From a virus: DNA of 64,000 nt. Below are positions 1-10,665 of this stretch, in pieces. The notes under the pieces are model-generated. The model worked only from the letters and a program-made list of their open reading frames with translations. It was not told the origin of the DNA and ran no database searches. The stretch spans positions 1 to 64,000 of the IMG/VR virus record IMGVR_UViG_3300044995_000369. The stretch is one strand, 5' to 3'. The position numbers and the translations under genes were made by a program. Each line of letters starts with the position of its first letter. Position 1 is the first letter of the stretch.

Positions 1-3000
1 TTCTTTTGGACCTGTAGACTGGTTCATTCTATTATTGAGCACCCAGCCAGGCCCTCTTCCGTAAATAGTATAAGTGCCATCCGGTTCTTGCTGAGAAGTT
101 TCTACTTCGAAGAGAAACTTTTCTTCTTCTGTTAAGATATTACCATAGCCAAGATAAACTAGCATTCTAAGACCAGGTTTTATCAATATACCTGAAAGTT
201 CATCTTCGTTTTTTGCTCTTGTCTCAAAAGGAGACATTGTGTTGGATCTTGCCGCAATTATGTTGTCTAACTTATTCTCTGTGTTTGCAAGTTTTATAAT
301 TGCAACGGTTCCCGGACTTTTAGAGCTTTCAAATATCTTTACACTTAGTACATCAGCATAGGTGTAGAGGTCATCATATAATATAGTTTCCGATTTTCCC
401 TTTTTTATAAAGTACACTTTCGCTACTGGATATAGTCTCAGAGGAGAACATAAGAGTATTTTCACTTCTCTGTTAAATCTGTTCATATTTTCCCAGAGTA
501 TTCCACTCTGACTGTCTAGATATCTGTTTATTTTATCTATGACAAACTGGGTGGATAAACCAGCGGTCGCTGCAAAAACGGTGTTGACATCCTTAGCACT
601 CGTTGTGCTAGAATGAACAAGGTCTTTAGCACTGGTTACATTTTTTAGTAGTAAAGGTTTATTATTCCTACCGTAAGCAACTGATGTATTGTTATCAAAT
701 CCCTCCAGCAGTGGAGCTCTTATTCCTACATAACCATTGAACTTGAGGAAGCATCCCAAATGTGTCAGGGCATCTATAATGTCCTGCCAAGTTACAGTGA
801 TGAATGCTTCATTTGGATCATCTACTTTTTCGTATGCTAGCTTCAAGGCATACAGCTCTATGAAACTTAGTGCATGACTTGCATTATCTGCAAGGTTAAA
901 AAGCATGTAAACCCTAGAAGAAGCATTTGCTATGAATTTTGAAACTACTTCAGATGCACGAATTAGAGCTTCTCCGTTTCTAGAAAGATTTACACTCTCT
1001 TCTTTGTTCAGTCTAGAAGCAAATATATAATTCCATCTGTTTGATAATATGTTGTATCCTTCTATATTTTTTGTTTTTATTATTGCAGCTCCTCCACTGT
1101 ACATAGAACTTCCAAGGAAAGAGAAGTTTTGGAGCTTAATAAATGCGCAGTCATTAAGATTGACTTCAGGACCGGTCCTTGTAGATGACCTTGCAGAAGC
1201 TGTACTTTCTCTTATAACTGCTATGTCAGACTTTCCCCAAAAGAAGAATTTAGAAGAGTCTGTACCTCTTTTAACTCCTTCTATTACTACAGGCCTACCA
1301 AAGGACCTTGAATATATAGTTCCTGGAACTGTGCTACCTGCACTAGCTTCCGGTACAAGAGGGAACAAAAGTAGAGGACTTTCCAGTTTCTTAATGGCTG
1401 AAAAGAAGTTCTCGGCACCGTATTTACTTTCAGGGTTGAAATCTAGGGTGCTATTTAAGACTTTAAGAAACTCTCTTATGTTGTAATAATAAGCAAATGT
1501 AATGTCATTTTTGTCTGGAAACTCATTGGCAAACGTACTTATTTTACCCACTAGTTTTTCAAATCCTCTCCAAAAACTGTTTCCAGTAAGGCTATATACA
1601 AACTTTTCAGAAACTCTATACTTTTCTAAGTCAAAAAAAGATCCTGCATAAGAGATAAATGCCTCTTCTACCTGTTGAATATTTGCTATTGAGCTTCTGT
1701 TTTTGGGAAGTTTTCTTTCTAGTGTTCCCGTACCAGAAGAGATACTTGGTATAAGTTCTACTGAAAGGTATCTGTACAATCTGCCAAGTTCTGCAGTTAC
1801 CTCCAACTCAAAGCTTTCCTTTTGCATGTAATCAGAGGATATGACTATAGCTGGTTTTCCCGCAACTTTGGATTCTTTTATTTCTCCGATAAATATCCCT
1901 TGGATATTATCTAGAAAGTTTTTGAATCCTTCAAAGTATCCAGTATTTATATCCGAAGGATCGTTGGGTGCCAAAATATCAAAAGCTGCTTTGTCTGAGG
2001 ATATACCTTGTGCTTTAGCCTTTTGTACTGCCAAATACTCCGGCAAAGACTCTAATTCGTCTCTACAAAAAGACTCTTGAATTAAAGCAGTAGTGGAAAT
2101 AGCTTTTGCATTTTCATTTACTTTGTCTACCGAAGGAATAATGTGCCCTCCTGGGGACAAAACGTCTGTAGCGAATGTAGCTTTCCTTTTCATTATAAGT
2201 GGAACTGTTAAGTAAGAAAGCGTGTCCTGAAGTATAAATTCTGACTTCTGAATTGAGGAACTTATATCTGGAGGATAAACGTAGATATTGGACCTGAAGA
2301 TTCCAGAAGGAAGTAGCTTGTTTGAACGAGCATACTTGGATACAGGTAGCAAGTCCATTTCGGATATTGCAGAAGCCACTTCAAGTAAAGCTTTCATTCC
2401 AGTAAATAGTGGGGAAGTTGAAAGATTACTAAATGGTATTTTGGCCTTCAAGGAAGATAGAAACGTAGCAGTTATTTCAATATTGTCGACTTTTGGTGCA
2501 TTGTAGAACATCAAGAAAAAGCCAACTACAATGATAGCAACCACAACGATAATAGCTGCTATGAGTGCCATTTTAATACTAAGAACTACTGTGATTGCAA
2601 AGAATAGCATGTTTACATATGCACCTAAAGTAAAAGGAGCAGCATCTCCTATGATGAGAGCATAAAGAGTTTTGTTAAGCTTTTCCCAAAATGTCTTAGA
2701 ATATCCATACGAGTAGCTTCTAAGCATTTCTATGCTTATATCGCTTCTCGCCAATCCGTAAATGTTCCCACCGTCTGTTTTAGTGTTGTAATCTATTACA
2801 TAAAAAACAGAAGGTACGTATTCAGGTCTTTCTATACCATAGAACAGGTAAAAATACGAATGCACTGATGCAATAAGTCTAAGCATTTCGTCATTTGAAA
2901 AATCTATGTAGGACAATGTCGAGTACTTTAAATTTCTGTTTCCTTCTTTAACTTTGTTTGCAAAAAGAGATATTGATTCCAGTAGCCCTAAAAACCTTTT

Positions 3001-6000
3001 CGTGACCCCATTTCCATGCACTTCCCTTGTTAGAGAATTGAATATATCTATTTCTGCTTTATCCCAAACTGACTTTCTACTTTTGCTTTTGTAGGAAAAG
3101 GTATATGTATCATTTCCTATTAACTCCCCTGCAAATCTCCTTGAGTCGTCTAGTCTGAATATATCTACCAGGGCATTCTCTTTAGAGTACAGCATTGGTT
3201 TAAGCATCATTAGCTGCCTAAACGTAGAAACGAATTGGCTGTACTCTGAGAATATTACATCTCTTCCAGACAAGTTATTATTTGAATACAGGACAATTTC
3301 ATCACAAGCTCTTTGTATGTTCTCTAAGGTTTCTGGATTGATTGCTTCTTTTCTAGGTACTTTTTTGTTGGAATCAGTAAAATTAAAGTACCTGTTGATT
3401 TCAGAAATGTACTCTTCTTTTGCTTGTTCTACACTTATACCTAGCTGGAGAGCTCTATCTACAGATAACTGAGTAAGTATAGCTTCTCTCAGTACTGAGA
3501 CCGAGTCTGCTTTTTTTAAATCAGATTCAGTTGTTCCATCAATCAGTATTGTGTAAGAGTCTATTATCCAGCTTATTTGTTCTTTCAGACTTTCTTTTAC
3601 TTTATCAAGTATAAAGCTGATATTGCTCAAGGAGGTTTTTTGCTCTACAAGACTGGAGACTTTTTGGGAAGGAAAGTTGGAAGATCCAGGGATAACGTAA
3701 GACTTACCAATGTCTTCTCCTTCATTTCCAATGCTCAAAACAGAATTGACACTATAAACTACCGGAGCTGGTTTAAACAACTTCCTTTTTTCCGGGGGAG
3801 ACTCTTCCATCATTTTCCTAGTAATTTCTGACAAGGAAGCTTGAGCCCTTTTGACATCTTCTAAAATTTGGGAAGAATACAACTGGCTATCAGAACCCTT
3901 AACAGAAGACTTTTGTGATATGTCCCTTCTAGCTGCTTTGTAAGTTTCGTATGCGTTTACTATTTTAAAGGCAATCTGTCTTCCATTCGCGAGTGGAAAG
4001 CTTACTGATAACAGCAGCAGGTCACTTAAGACACTTTCATCATCTTTGAATAATAGATTGACAAACTCTTTGATTTTGGAGTGATTCTTTGTTTTTTTAA
4101 TTTTAAATTTTGAGACGCTAATCCCAATATTTTCCATTGACTTTAAGATTCCCACACTAGATTTATCTCTAGATGTAGCTAAAGAAAATGGCGCGAGTCT
4201 CATGGAAATGGAAGATGCATATTCGGAAGATAACAGGTAAGTAGCAAAGTGGTTTACTTTTAGCCTTCCCCAGATTGCTCTAATTCCATTGTAGTAAAAT
4301 GGGACATCTGCAAGTATATATTTTGGGGCTAATGCGATACTGTAAATGTCAGTATCGTACATAGCCACTTGACCATCTACTATTAAAGAAAGCAAGTCTT
4401 CTCCACAAGTGTCTATGTCTGTTTTAAGAACACTAGGGGATTGTGCGCCTTCTCTATCCGAGAAAGCAGCTACATAAGAACCAAAGAACGATTTATCTCC
4501 TTGAGATTCTGGATAGAAGTCCTTATACATTCTTTTCCATTTATCATCCATGAATGTAGAACTGACTTCACCAGATTTGCCAAATGCATTAGCATTTATA
4601 ACTAATATGCTTATCCTTTCTACTAGCTTTGAATCAGCATTTTCCGAGTTGCTCGTCCTAAAATACTCTTCACTCCTTAAGTCTTTGAAAGCTTCGCTAA
4701 TAGGATAAGTAGATAATATATATCCCATAGCTGTAGGTGCTTTTGCACTTTCAGAGTCTACAGGAGTATTTGTATATGCAAGTATGCCCAAGCCAGAAAC
4801 ATCTCCCGCGTTTTGGACAACACTTTCTGCTTCTCTTGCAATAAGCTCTATGAATGCTTGTCCCTGACCCTTAGATTCTGCAAACGCAAAGTCTTGTATA
4901 AATTCAAGTGCATACAGAGCAAAATCCTGGCTAAGAGGTATAACTACATTTATGTTGTTTTTAATGTTTTCAGTGAACTTTTCTGAGCTAGTTTCAATTA
5001 GCTTATCTCCCTTGAAGCCAAGATAAAACGAATTCAAGATACTGGCTTGCAGCACTATATTTCCGGCCTTATTGGAAAGTGCCCCTAGCGCTTTGCTACT
5101 AATAACTGTCTTTCCTATTTTGAAGCCTTCTTTTTTCAAGGAGCCGAGAAAAGCACCAGTCTCTACAATACCTCCTACTAACTGCACCTTATTCAAAATT
5201 TCTTGCAAAGGACCAGGTTCTCCAAACGTGCCTATTGGCAGGTTTGTTACTTGTCCGATCCCTCCATAAATGACAGAGGAAGCGAAGATGTTTGGACTCA
5301 AATCCAGCTCTGAAAGACCATTGCGTGATCTGACCTTATTATTCTCCGCCAGAGTTTTTACGTCTGTATCCGATAAGCTGGAAAAAGAGGAAGTAACATC
5401 TTCATAGTCTTTCGGTCTCACCAAGTTAATTGGTTCAAGGCCTCTAAGAATCTTTTGTTTTGCTTTATACATAGCATGAACAGCAACCATTGTGGAAAAG
5501 ACTGCACTAGTTGCCATTTTAGAGATTCTTATTAAAGCTTCTGCTCTTCTCAGATCGAATGTGTTTTCTCTACCCTTTTCAGAGATTACGTCTTTAAGAG
5601 CCTTGTCCTCAATACCTATGAATCTTTGAGCGAATAAGGAATCTGCAGCATTTAGCCAAGAAGCAATATCTCCAATTGTTTCGTTGCTAACTGCCCTATT
5701 CAGTTTTCTAAGATTCCTATTTGTTGTGTACCCGGCCTCATAAGGAAGCAGAAACACGTCAACTTTCCAAGATGTTGTATCTGTTGCCGAGGAAAGTTTT
5801 GTTGTTTTAGCAACAAACTTACTCAGGCCAAGTGCCATTAGAAGAGGCTCTTTAATCTGAACATGTGGTTCAGTTAGCCCAACTAATACAGAAGCAGCAT
5901 CTGCTTGTGCCGAGTTTATACTTGCTCTTCTAACTAGCCTGAAAGCATTTTCTATGACCTGGGATCCAGCAACAGACCTTATAGAAGTCGTAGAACCATT

Positions 6001-9000
6001 AGTAAAAACAGTTGCGTCTCTTACTAGTGCTCTGCCTGACCTCATCATGTTGTAAATAGTAGTTATGTCACTCGGTTCGCGTATCATATTGTAGATCGCG
6101 TCCATGCCTTCTTCTTCATTTACGAGGTCTGACAATTTACTTGTTTCTGATATATAAAGTTCTGATATATTAGTCCTGAACTGAATGTAAGCCGTAGTAG
6201 CAGTTGATCCAATTACTTGGTAGGTTGCTTTCTTCTTCCCAGGAGCCTTAATGGGGGAACTAATACCATATTCCTCGACTACCCCAATTGAAGGTATTGG
6301 TTTTTTAAGAGTCAGTTTCTTTCTTTTGACAAAATCTAAACTATCTCCACTCGCAAGCCTTATGGCTTGAGTGATGTTAAGGAGAGCACTTAACCTTCCA
6401 TTAAGATTCAAAATCTCTGTAGCTAGAGAATTGTCTCCTCTCGAAAGATCTATTTCTCCTGCTTTGTAGGTATATAGCTTCCTAAGTTTAGAAGGATCTA
6501 ATAAGATGTTTATAGTATTTTCATAAATTCTAAAAATGTCTTCTAGGATTGAGCGCGTGTCTAAAAAGATCTCTCCAAGACCCCTTATTTGAGCATATCT
6601 TACCATCCTTCTGATATTTTCCGCAGAAATGAATGGCTCATTTTTGCTGTTTCTTGCATCAGCTATTCTACTGTCGACATCAGAAATTATTCTGAGCAAT
6701 GATCTTATATTAGCTTCTATTAGCTTATTTGTGCTTTCCGAAGCAGGATCTTTTTTTGAAAGTGATTTGAATTTCTTCTCTATCTTTGATATTTTGTTTT
6801 GTATAATATCATTCTTGATATTCTTAAGCAGGTTAGTAACTTCTACGTCCTTAAGGCCAGACTTTTCCCTTTCTGGATTTGTAATTCTTACGCCCTTCTG
6901 TAGTAATTCTTGACCAGCCTTTGAAACTACATGAGCGGAATAAACATAGTCTAGATATCTTAGTAAGAGAGCTTGTATTCCAGCTAAAACAAATATAGGG
7001 TTTTTAAAGCCAGCTTGTACTGAGTTTTTATCTGAAGGATTTATAGTTTTATCAATTTCAGACATCGAGACTAAAGCAAGCTGGAAAACTTCCGCATTTA
7101 ATCCCTCCTTTGTGGAAGTTCTTCTGACAGCTTCTTCATTTCTCTGGAGTTCTCTGGTATATGCTTCTATTCTGGTTTCTTCTTTAGGAGGTTCTGCCCT
7201 AAAGATTTCCATTTCCATAGTAGTAACATCTGTAAGTAAAAAATCTGGTCTGACATAAGGAACTCTATCAGGCCTAATCCTGAATGTCATATCAAACTTG
7301 CCAGGTTCTACTCTTCCAAGTTGATACATTAGAGCGAATACATATGGTTCTGATTCATCTATAAACTTAGTCCCAATTTTTGATTTAGTAACTCCTAGCA
7401 CTTGAGTTATATTTGTGAGTACATTTGGAGTACTTTTATCCAGAAGTGGATCTTTGGTGTTTTTGGAGACTATTGACTGAATAATGTTTCTAATGGATGC
7501 TTTAATGTCTTCCAGTGATTTGTTAACTACGTTATTTATTTTTACTTTGGTGTCTCCTTTAGGTATGGCTCTTACATAATCAGCAATCAAAGTTACCAAA
7601 GTATCCTGGAATTTGACGGTTCTTAAGGGCAAAATTGTCTTTTCTTTGTCCTGGACTTCAAGTATAAACAACAAAGAGCCAGACTGACTTCTGAGTATAT
7701 TGGTTATGCCTACATTTACCTTTTGTATTGAAGTTCCTGTATTAATGCTAATATCGAACTTCAATGGTTTTTTGAACACGGAGCCTATAATATGGTCGAC
7801 TCTTTCCTGATTCCAAACCTCATACCTTTGGTTTATCAACTCTTTCTGAATCGTCCTGCCAGCCGAATTTATATTTCCCCTTTCTGTCTTGACAGAAGTG
7901 ATAGTTTTGTACAGAGAGCTGTTAAACTTCAGAGACCCTAAGGTTCCAGTTATTTGATCCACATTTTTCGTCAAAACATTTCCTTTTCCATCTGACAAAT
8001 TGGAACTAATGGAATGACTAAATGTAGAGTTTAATTCTGCAAAATAGTTCTTTTTATCTTTTAGGTTATCTAACAGAACTTTGGATATAGGGGAATTTGG
8101 TAATATCCCATCAGGTCCAAAGAGAAAGACAGCAAGACTTTGTCCTACTTCTTTTAGATTTCCCACTAGGGAATAAGTATCGCTAAGAATGCTAATTCCC
8201 AACTTATTAGAACTGATGGGTTTTATATGTACTGAGGGAAGCCCTATACCTATTCCATACTCGAACTCCATGAGATTGGACAAGCCAGCTTCCCCAAAGG
8301 AAGAGTTTGTAACAGAACACAACTCAAATGGCTTTATGATTGGGAAATTACCAGTTCCAATAAGAGCTTCTTTCCTATAGTTTGAAAAATTGTAATCATA
8401 GGCAGAAAATAGAAGATTGTCAGGAGTGACTGCGAATAGACCCGAAATGGGATCTGTATACGAAGAGATGTAACTTGGGTCTAATACAGATTCTTTTTCT
8501 ACTTTGAGAGCTGACTTTAAGCTTTGGCTATTTGGAGTTAAATCATCCTTGTAAACAAAACCATTTCTAATCCTTTTAGAGCCAGAAATTGGGACTGGTA
8601 TTTTAGAAGGAATATCTCTATACAAAGAGAAGTATCTATATACTTCTCTCATTGTCTTTTCATCTGAAAACTTAAGGTCAGAAAGACCTAAAAGAGTCTT
8701 TGCTAGTTTCCAATTGTTGGCAGTACCAAAAGCGGGTTTGTAAGACAGAAACCTACCTACTTTATTTTTCGCATTTTTTACATTCGCGTATTTGTGAACA
8801 TAAGTTCCTCGGGCTTGTTTTATTGCTTCCTCAATTGTAATTTCCGCAGGAACCTCTACAAGCTTGTTTTCTTTTAGAATATATCCAACCAGTACAGAAC
8901 CTTTCTCTACTTCCCCGGGATTGTCTTTGTTTTTGTAGTCCCCTTCAGTGTCTCCCGGGAACAGTGTAGGCATGGCGGAAGATTTAATATACTCGATCTT

Positions 9001-10635
9001 TGATAAAGTAGATTCTTCATTGGCTTCTAGCTTAGAAGCTTGCTCTGTATAAATGTCCATTAAATGACCAGAACCAATTTGTTCTGCTATGTGTCTTATA
9101 GCACTTTCTGAATCTACCTTATCTATAACAGAAGCCCTTTTTTCGTGGACTTGGAAAGCATCATCTATTGTGGAAAAGTAAGTAGGGTAATCTCCAAAGT
9201 TTTCGCTTACATCTGTTATCTGGCATTCTACTGTTATTGTATATGAACCACTGTTGTTTTCTAGGTTGTTTACCTGAACCCTTCTAACTGCTATGTAGAT
9301 AGGTACAGATAAATACATGTAATCCAATAGTCTTGAAAGCTCCCTGACAGAGCCTTCATCTTTAACTGTATATGTGCCGTCTGGGTTAACCAGATTTGTT
9401 ATGTCTTTAGGAAGCTTTCCAAATATCCTACTGTAAAAATCCCTATTGGAAAATATCGGCCTTGCAAATCTTGCGATGTGTATATTCCTAACAGGGACTA
9501 TAGGATCCATCCTAAACTGTGTCAGCAGGGGAGCAATAAAAGTTTCTATACCTCTAGTACTGCATGTAAATATCAAGGTTAGACCTTCATCTGGAGGTCT
9601 GTTACCCATAACCATGGACAAAAAACCCTGTCCGAGGATGGGTTTTACATCTCCATCTTTCCTTATTTCTACTATTTCTACTGGGTGAGAAGCAGCTCCT
9701 AAACCATTTATTTCTTCTTCAAATGTAGGAATACCTGACCACAATGCACCTATTTGCATTGCAGATTTTGGATATATACCAGAAACTATGCCACTTATAA
9801 TGTCCCCACTTTTTTGCCTTGGAAAGTATTGCTTTGCAAGATAAGAAAGATGTTCTCCCAAACTGGAGTTTGAGTATGTTCTATTAAAAGATTCTTTCTG
9901 CCTTTTCTTTTCTTCTATTACTTCCTTTTTCCTTTCCTCTGGAGACTTAGTAGATTTGGCTCTATTAAGTCTTGCTTCGTTGATTTGTTTTACCCTTTCT
10001 TCTAGTAGTTTTCTATTTCCTTCAAAGGTCTTGTTTAGCTGACCTATTGCTCTTGACTTGAACTCATAATAACTATACTTATCTTGCCAAAACCCTTGTT
10101 TCTTATAAGCTGCTATGATTTCTGCAGATTTCAATACTTCTGCTAGGGTTCTATCTATTTCTCCCTTGGATAGATAAACTTCGTCTAGTCTGAAGCTCTC
10201 GGTGTTGTTGTATATTACTATTCCCCTCTCTACCAATATTTCCTGTAAAGGTTTATCACCTATATAAGCTATAACATCGACGTCTCTTTCGTTGTATGCT
10301 CTTATTGCTTTGTCATCATAGTAATAACTATCTGGCATTGTCTGGAGGGATATTTTGTCTCCAGGCTTTAGAATAGTTTTTAGAGCTTCTTTAGACTCCT
10401 TGGCAAACTCTTCCAAACCAGGAGTCTTATCTACACTTTGCCCTTCTCTTAAGAAGTTCAAGTAATCCAAAACCGATACTAACTTCAAAGGTTTGTTGAA
10501 TCCTTTGACAAATATAGTTCTGGGAGAACTATACTCTTCTACTATGAATACATTGTCAGATGCTATTTTCTTCTCTATAAGAGACTTTGTCGCATCTATC
10601 TCTATAAGAGATTCTGGTGTGTTTTTTTTGGCCAT
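1..10635 (-). CDS. Giant virion/baseplate protein, >=3545 aa, partial (runs off the left edge): N-terminal degenerate SNase-like domain, tube/Dit-like domain, transmembrane hairpin, baseplate-hub-like region
   Basis: ATG at 10635 (MAKKNTPESLIEID...). The frame is open in every segment I translated, down to position 1 (...GRGPGWVLNNRMNQSTGPKE). The track lists no minus-strand ORF here, consistent with no in-frame stop. Region ~1-440 reads KPGLRMLVYLGYGN...FEV...YTIYGRGPG, resembling baseplate hub (gp27/gpD-like) proteins. Confidence 0.85.
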   Translation of the reverse strand, partial: MAKKNTPESLIEIDATKSLIEKKIASDNVFIVEEYSSPRTIFVKGFNKPLKLVSVLDYLNFLREGQSVDKTPGLEEFAKESKEALKTILKPGDKISLQTMPDSYYYDDKAIRAYNERDVDVIAYIGDKPLQEILVERGIVIYNNTESFRLDEVYLSKGEIDRTLAEVLKSAEIIAAYKKQGFWQDKYSYYEFKSRAIGQLNKTFEGNRKLLEERVKQINEARLNRAKSTKSPEERKKEVIEEKKRQKESFNRTYSNSSLGEHLSYLAKQYFPRQKSGDIISGIVSGIYPKSAMQIGALWSGIPTFEEEINGLGAASHPVEIVEIRKDGDVKPILGQGFLSMVMGNRPPDEGLTLIFTCSTRGIETFIAPLLTQFRMDPIVPVRNIHIARFARPIFSNRDFYSRIFGKLPKDITNLVNPDGTYTVKDEGSVRELSRLLDYMYLSVPIYIAVRRVQVNNLENNSGSYTITVECQITDVSENFGDYPTYFSTIDDAFQVHEKRASVIDKVDSESAIRHIAEQIGSGHLMDIYTEQASKLEANEESTLSKIEYIKSSAMPTLFPGDTEGDYKNKDNPGEVEKGSVLVGYILKENKLVEVPAEITIEEAIKQARGTYVHKYANVKNAKNKVGRFLSYKPAFGTANNWKLAKTLLGLSDLKFSDEKTMREVYRYFSLYRDIPSKIPVPISGSKRIRNGFVYKDDLTPNSQSLKSALKVEKESVLDPSYISSYTDPISGLFAVTPDNLLFSAYDYNFSNYRKEALIGTGNFPIIKPFELCSVTNSSFGEAGLSNLMEFEYGIGIGLPSVHIKPISSNKLGISILSDTYSLVGNLKEVGQSLAVFLFGPDGILPNSPISKVLLDNLKDKKNYFAELNSTFSHSISSNLSDGKGNVLTKNVDQITGTLGSLKFNSSLYKTITSVKTERGNINSAGRTIQKELINQRYEVWNQERVDHIIGSVFKKPLKFDISINTGTSIQKVNVGITNILRSQSGSLLFILEVQDKEKTILPLRTVKFQDTLVTLIADYVRAIPKGDTKVKINNVVNKSLEDIKASIRNIIQSIVSKNTKDPLLDKSTPNVLTNITQVLGVTKSKIGTKFIDESEPYVFALMYQLGRVEPGKFDMTFRIRPDRVPYVRPDFLLTDVTTMEMEIFRAEPPKEETRIEAYTRELQRNEEAVRRTSTKEGLNAEVFQLALVSMSEIDKTINPSDKNSVQAGFKNPIFVLAGIQALLLRYLDYVYSAHVVSKAGQELLQKGVRITNPEREKSGLKDVEVTNLLKNIKNDIIQNKISKIEKKFKSLSKKDPASESTNKLIEANIRSLLRIISDVDSRIADARNSKNEPFISAENIRRMVRYAQIRGLGEIFLDTRSILEDIFRIYENTINILLDPSKLRKLYTYKAGEIDLSRGDNSLATEILNLNGRLSALLNITQAIRLASGDSLDFVKRKKLTLKKPIPSIGVVEEYGISSPIKAPGKKKATYQVIGSTATTAYIQFRTNISELYISETSKLSDLVNEEEGMDAIYNMIREPSDITTIYNMMRSGRALVRDATVFTNGSTTSIRSVAGSQVIENAFRLVRRASINSAQADAASVLVGLTEPHVQIKEPLLMALGLSKFVAKTTKLSSATDTTSWKVDVFLLPYEAGYTTNRNLRKLNRAVSNETIGDIASWLNAADSLFAQRFIGIEDKALKDVISEKGRENTFDLRRAEALIRISKMATSAVFSTMVAVHAMYKAKQKILRGLEPINLVRPKDYEDVTSSFSSLSDTDVKTLAENNKVRSRNGLSELDLSPNIFASSVIYGGIGQVTNLPIGTFGEPGPLQEILNKVQLVGGIVETGAFLGSLKKEGFKIGKTVISSKALGALSNKAGNIVLQASILNSFYLGFKGDKLIETSSEKFTENIKNNINVVIPLSQDFALYALEFIQDFAFAESKGQGQAFIELIAREAESVVQNAGDVSGLGILAYTNTPVDSESAKAPTAMGYILSTYPISEAFKDLRSEEYFRTSNSENADSKLVERISILVINANAFGKSGEVSSTFMDDKWKRMYKDFYPESQGDKSFFGSYVAAFSDREGAQSPSVLKTDIDTCGEDLLSLIVDGQVAMYDTDIYSIALAPKYILADVPFYYNGIRAIWGRLKVNHFATYLLSSEYASSISMRLAPFSLATSRDKSSVGILKSMENIGISVSKFKIKKTKNHSKIKEFVNLLFKDDESVLSDLLLLSVSFPLANGRQIAFKIVNAYETYKAARRDISQKSSVKGSDSQLYSSQILEDVKRAQASLSEITRKMMEESPPEKRKLFKPAPVVYSVNSVLSIGNEGEDIGKSYVIPGSSNFPSQKVSSLVEQKTSLSNISFILDKVKESLKEQISWIIDSYTILIDGTTESDLKKADSVSVLREAILTQLSVDRALQLGISVEQAKEEYISEINRYFNFTDSNKKVPRKEAINPETLENIQRACDEIVLYSNNNLSGRDVIFSEYSQFVSTFRQLMMLKPMLYSKENALVDIFRLDDSRRFAGELIGNDTYTFSYKSKSRKSVWDKAEIDIFNSLTREVHGNGVTKRFLGLLESISLFANKVKEGNRNLKYSTLSYIDFSNDEMLRLIASVHSYFYLFYGIERPEYVPSVFYVIDYNTKTDGGNIYGLARSDISIEMLRSYSYGYSKTFWEKLNKTLYALIIGDAAPFTLGAYVNMLFFAITVVLSIKMALIAAIIVVVAIIVVGFFLMFYNAPKVDNIEITATFLSSLKAKIPFSNLSTSPLFTGMKALLEVASAISEMDLLPVSKYARSNKLLPSGIFRSNIYVYPPDISSSIQKSEFILQDTLSYLTVPLIMKRKATFATDVLSPGGHIIPSVDKVNENAKAISTTALIQESFCRDELESLPEYLAVQKAKAQGISSDKAAFDILAPNDPSDINTGYFEGFKNFLDNIQGIFIGEIKESKVAGKPAIVISSDYMQKESFELEVTAELGRLYRYLSVELIPSISSGTGTLERKLPKNRSSIANIQQVEEAFISYAGSFFDLEKYRVSEKFVYSLTGNSFWRGFEKLVGKISTFANEFPDKNDITFAYYYNIREFLKVLNSTLDFNPESKYGAENFFSAIKKLESPLLLFPLVPEASAGSTVPGTIYSRSFGRPVVIEGVKRGTDSSKFFFWGKSDIAVIRESTASARSSTRTGPEVNLNDCAFIKLQNFSFLGSSMYSGGAAIIKTKNIEGYNILSNRWNYIFASRLNKEESVNLSRNGEALIRASEVVSKFIANASSRVYMLFNLADNASHALSFIELYALKLAYEKVDDPNEAFITVTWQDIIDALTHLGCFLKFNGYVGIRAPLLEGFDNNTSVAYGRNNKPLLLKNVTSAKDLVHSSTTSAKDVNTVFAATAGLSTQFVIDKINRYLDSQSGILWENMNRFNREVKILLCSPLRLYPVAKVYFIKKGKSETILYDDLYTYADVLSVKIFESSKSPGTVAIIKLANTENKLDNIIAARSNTMSPFETRAKNEDELSGILIKPGLRMLVYLGYGNILTEEEKFLFEVETSQQEPDGTYTIYGRGPGWVLNNRMNQSTGPKE

Positions 10636-10665
10636 AATAGGTAGCTTATTAGAATGCTAACACTT

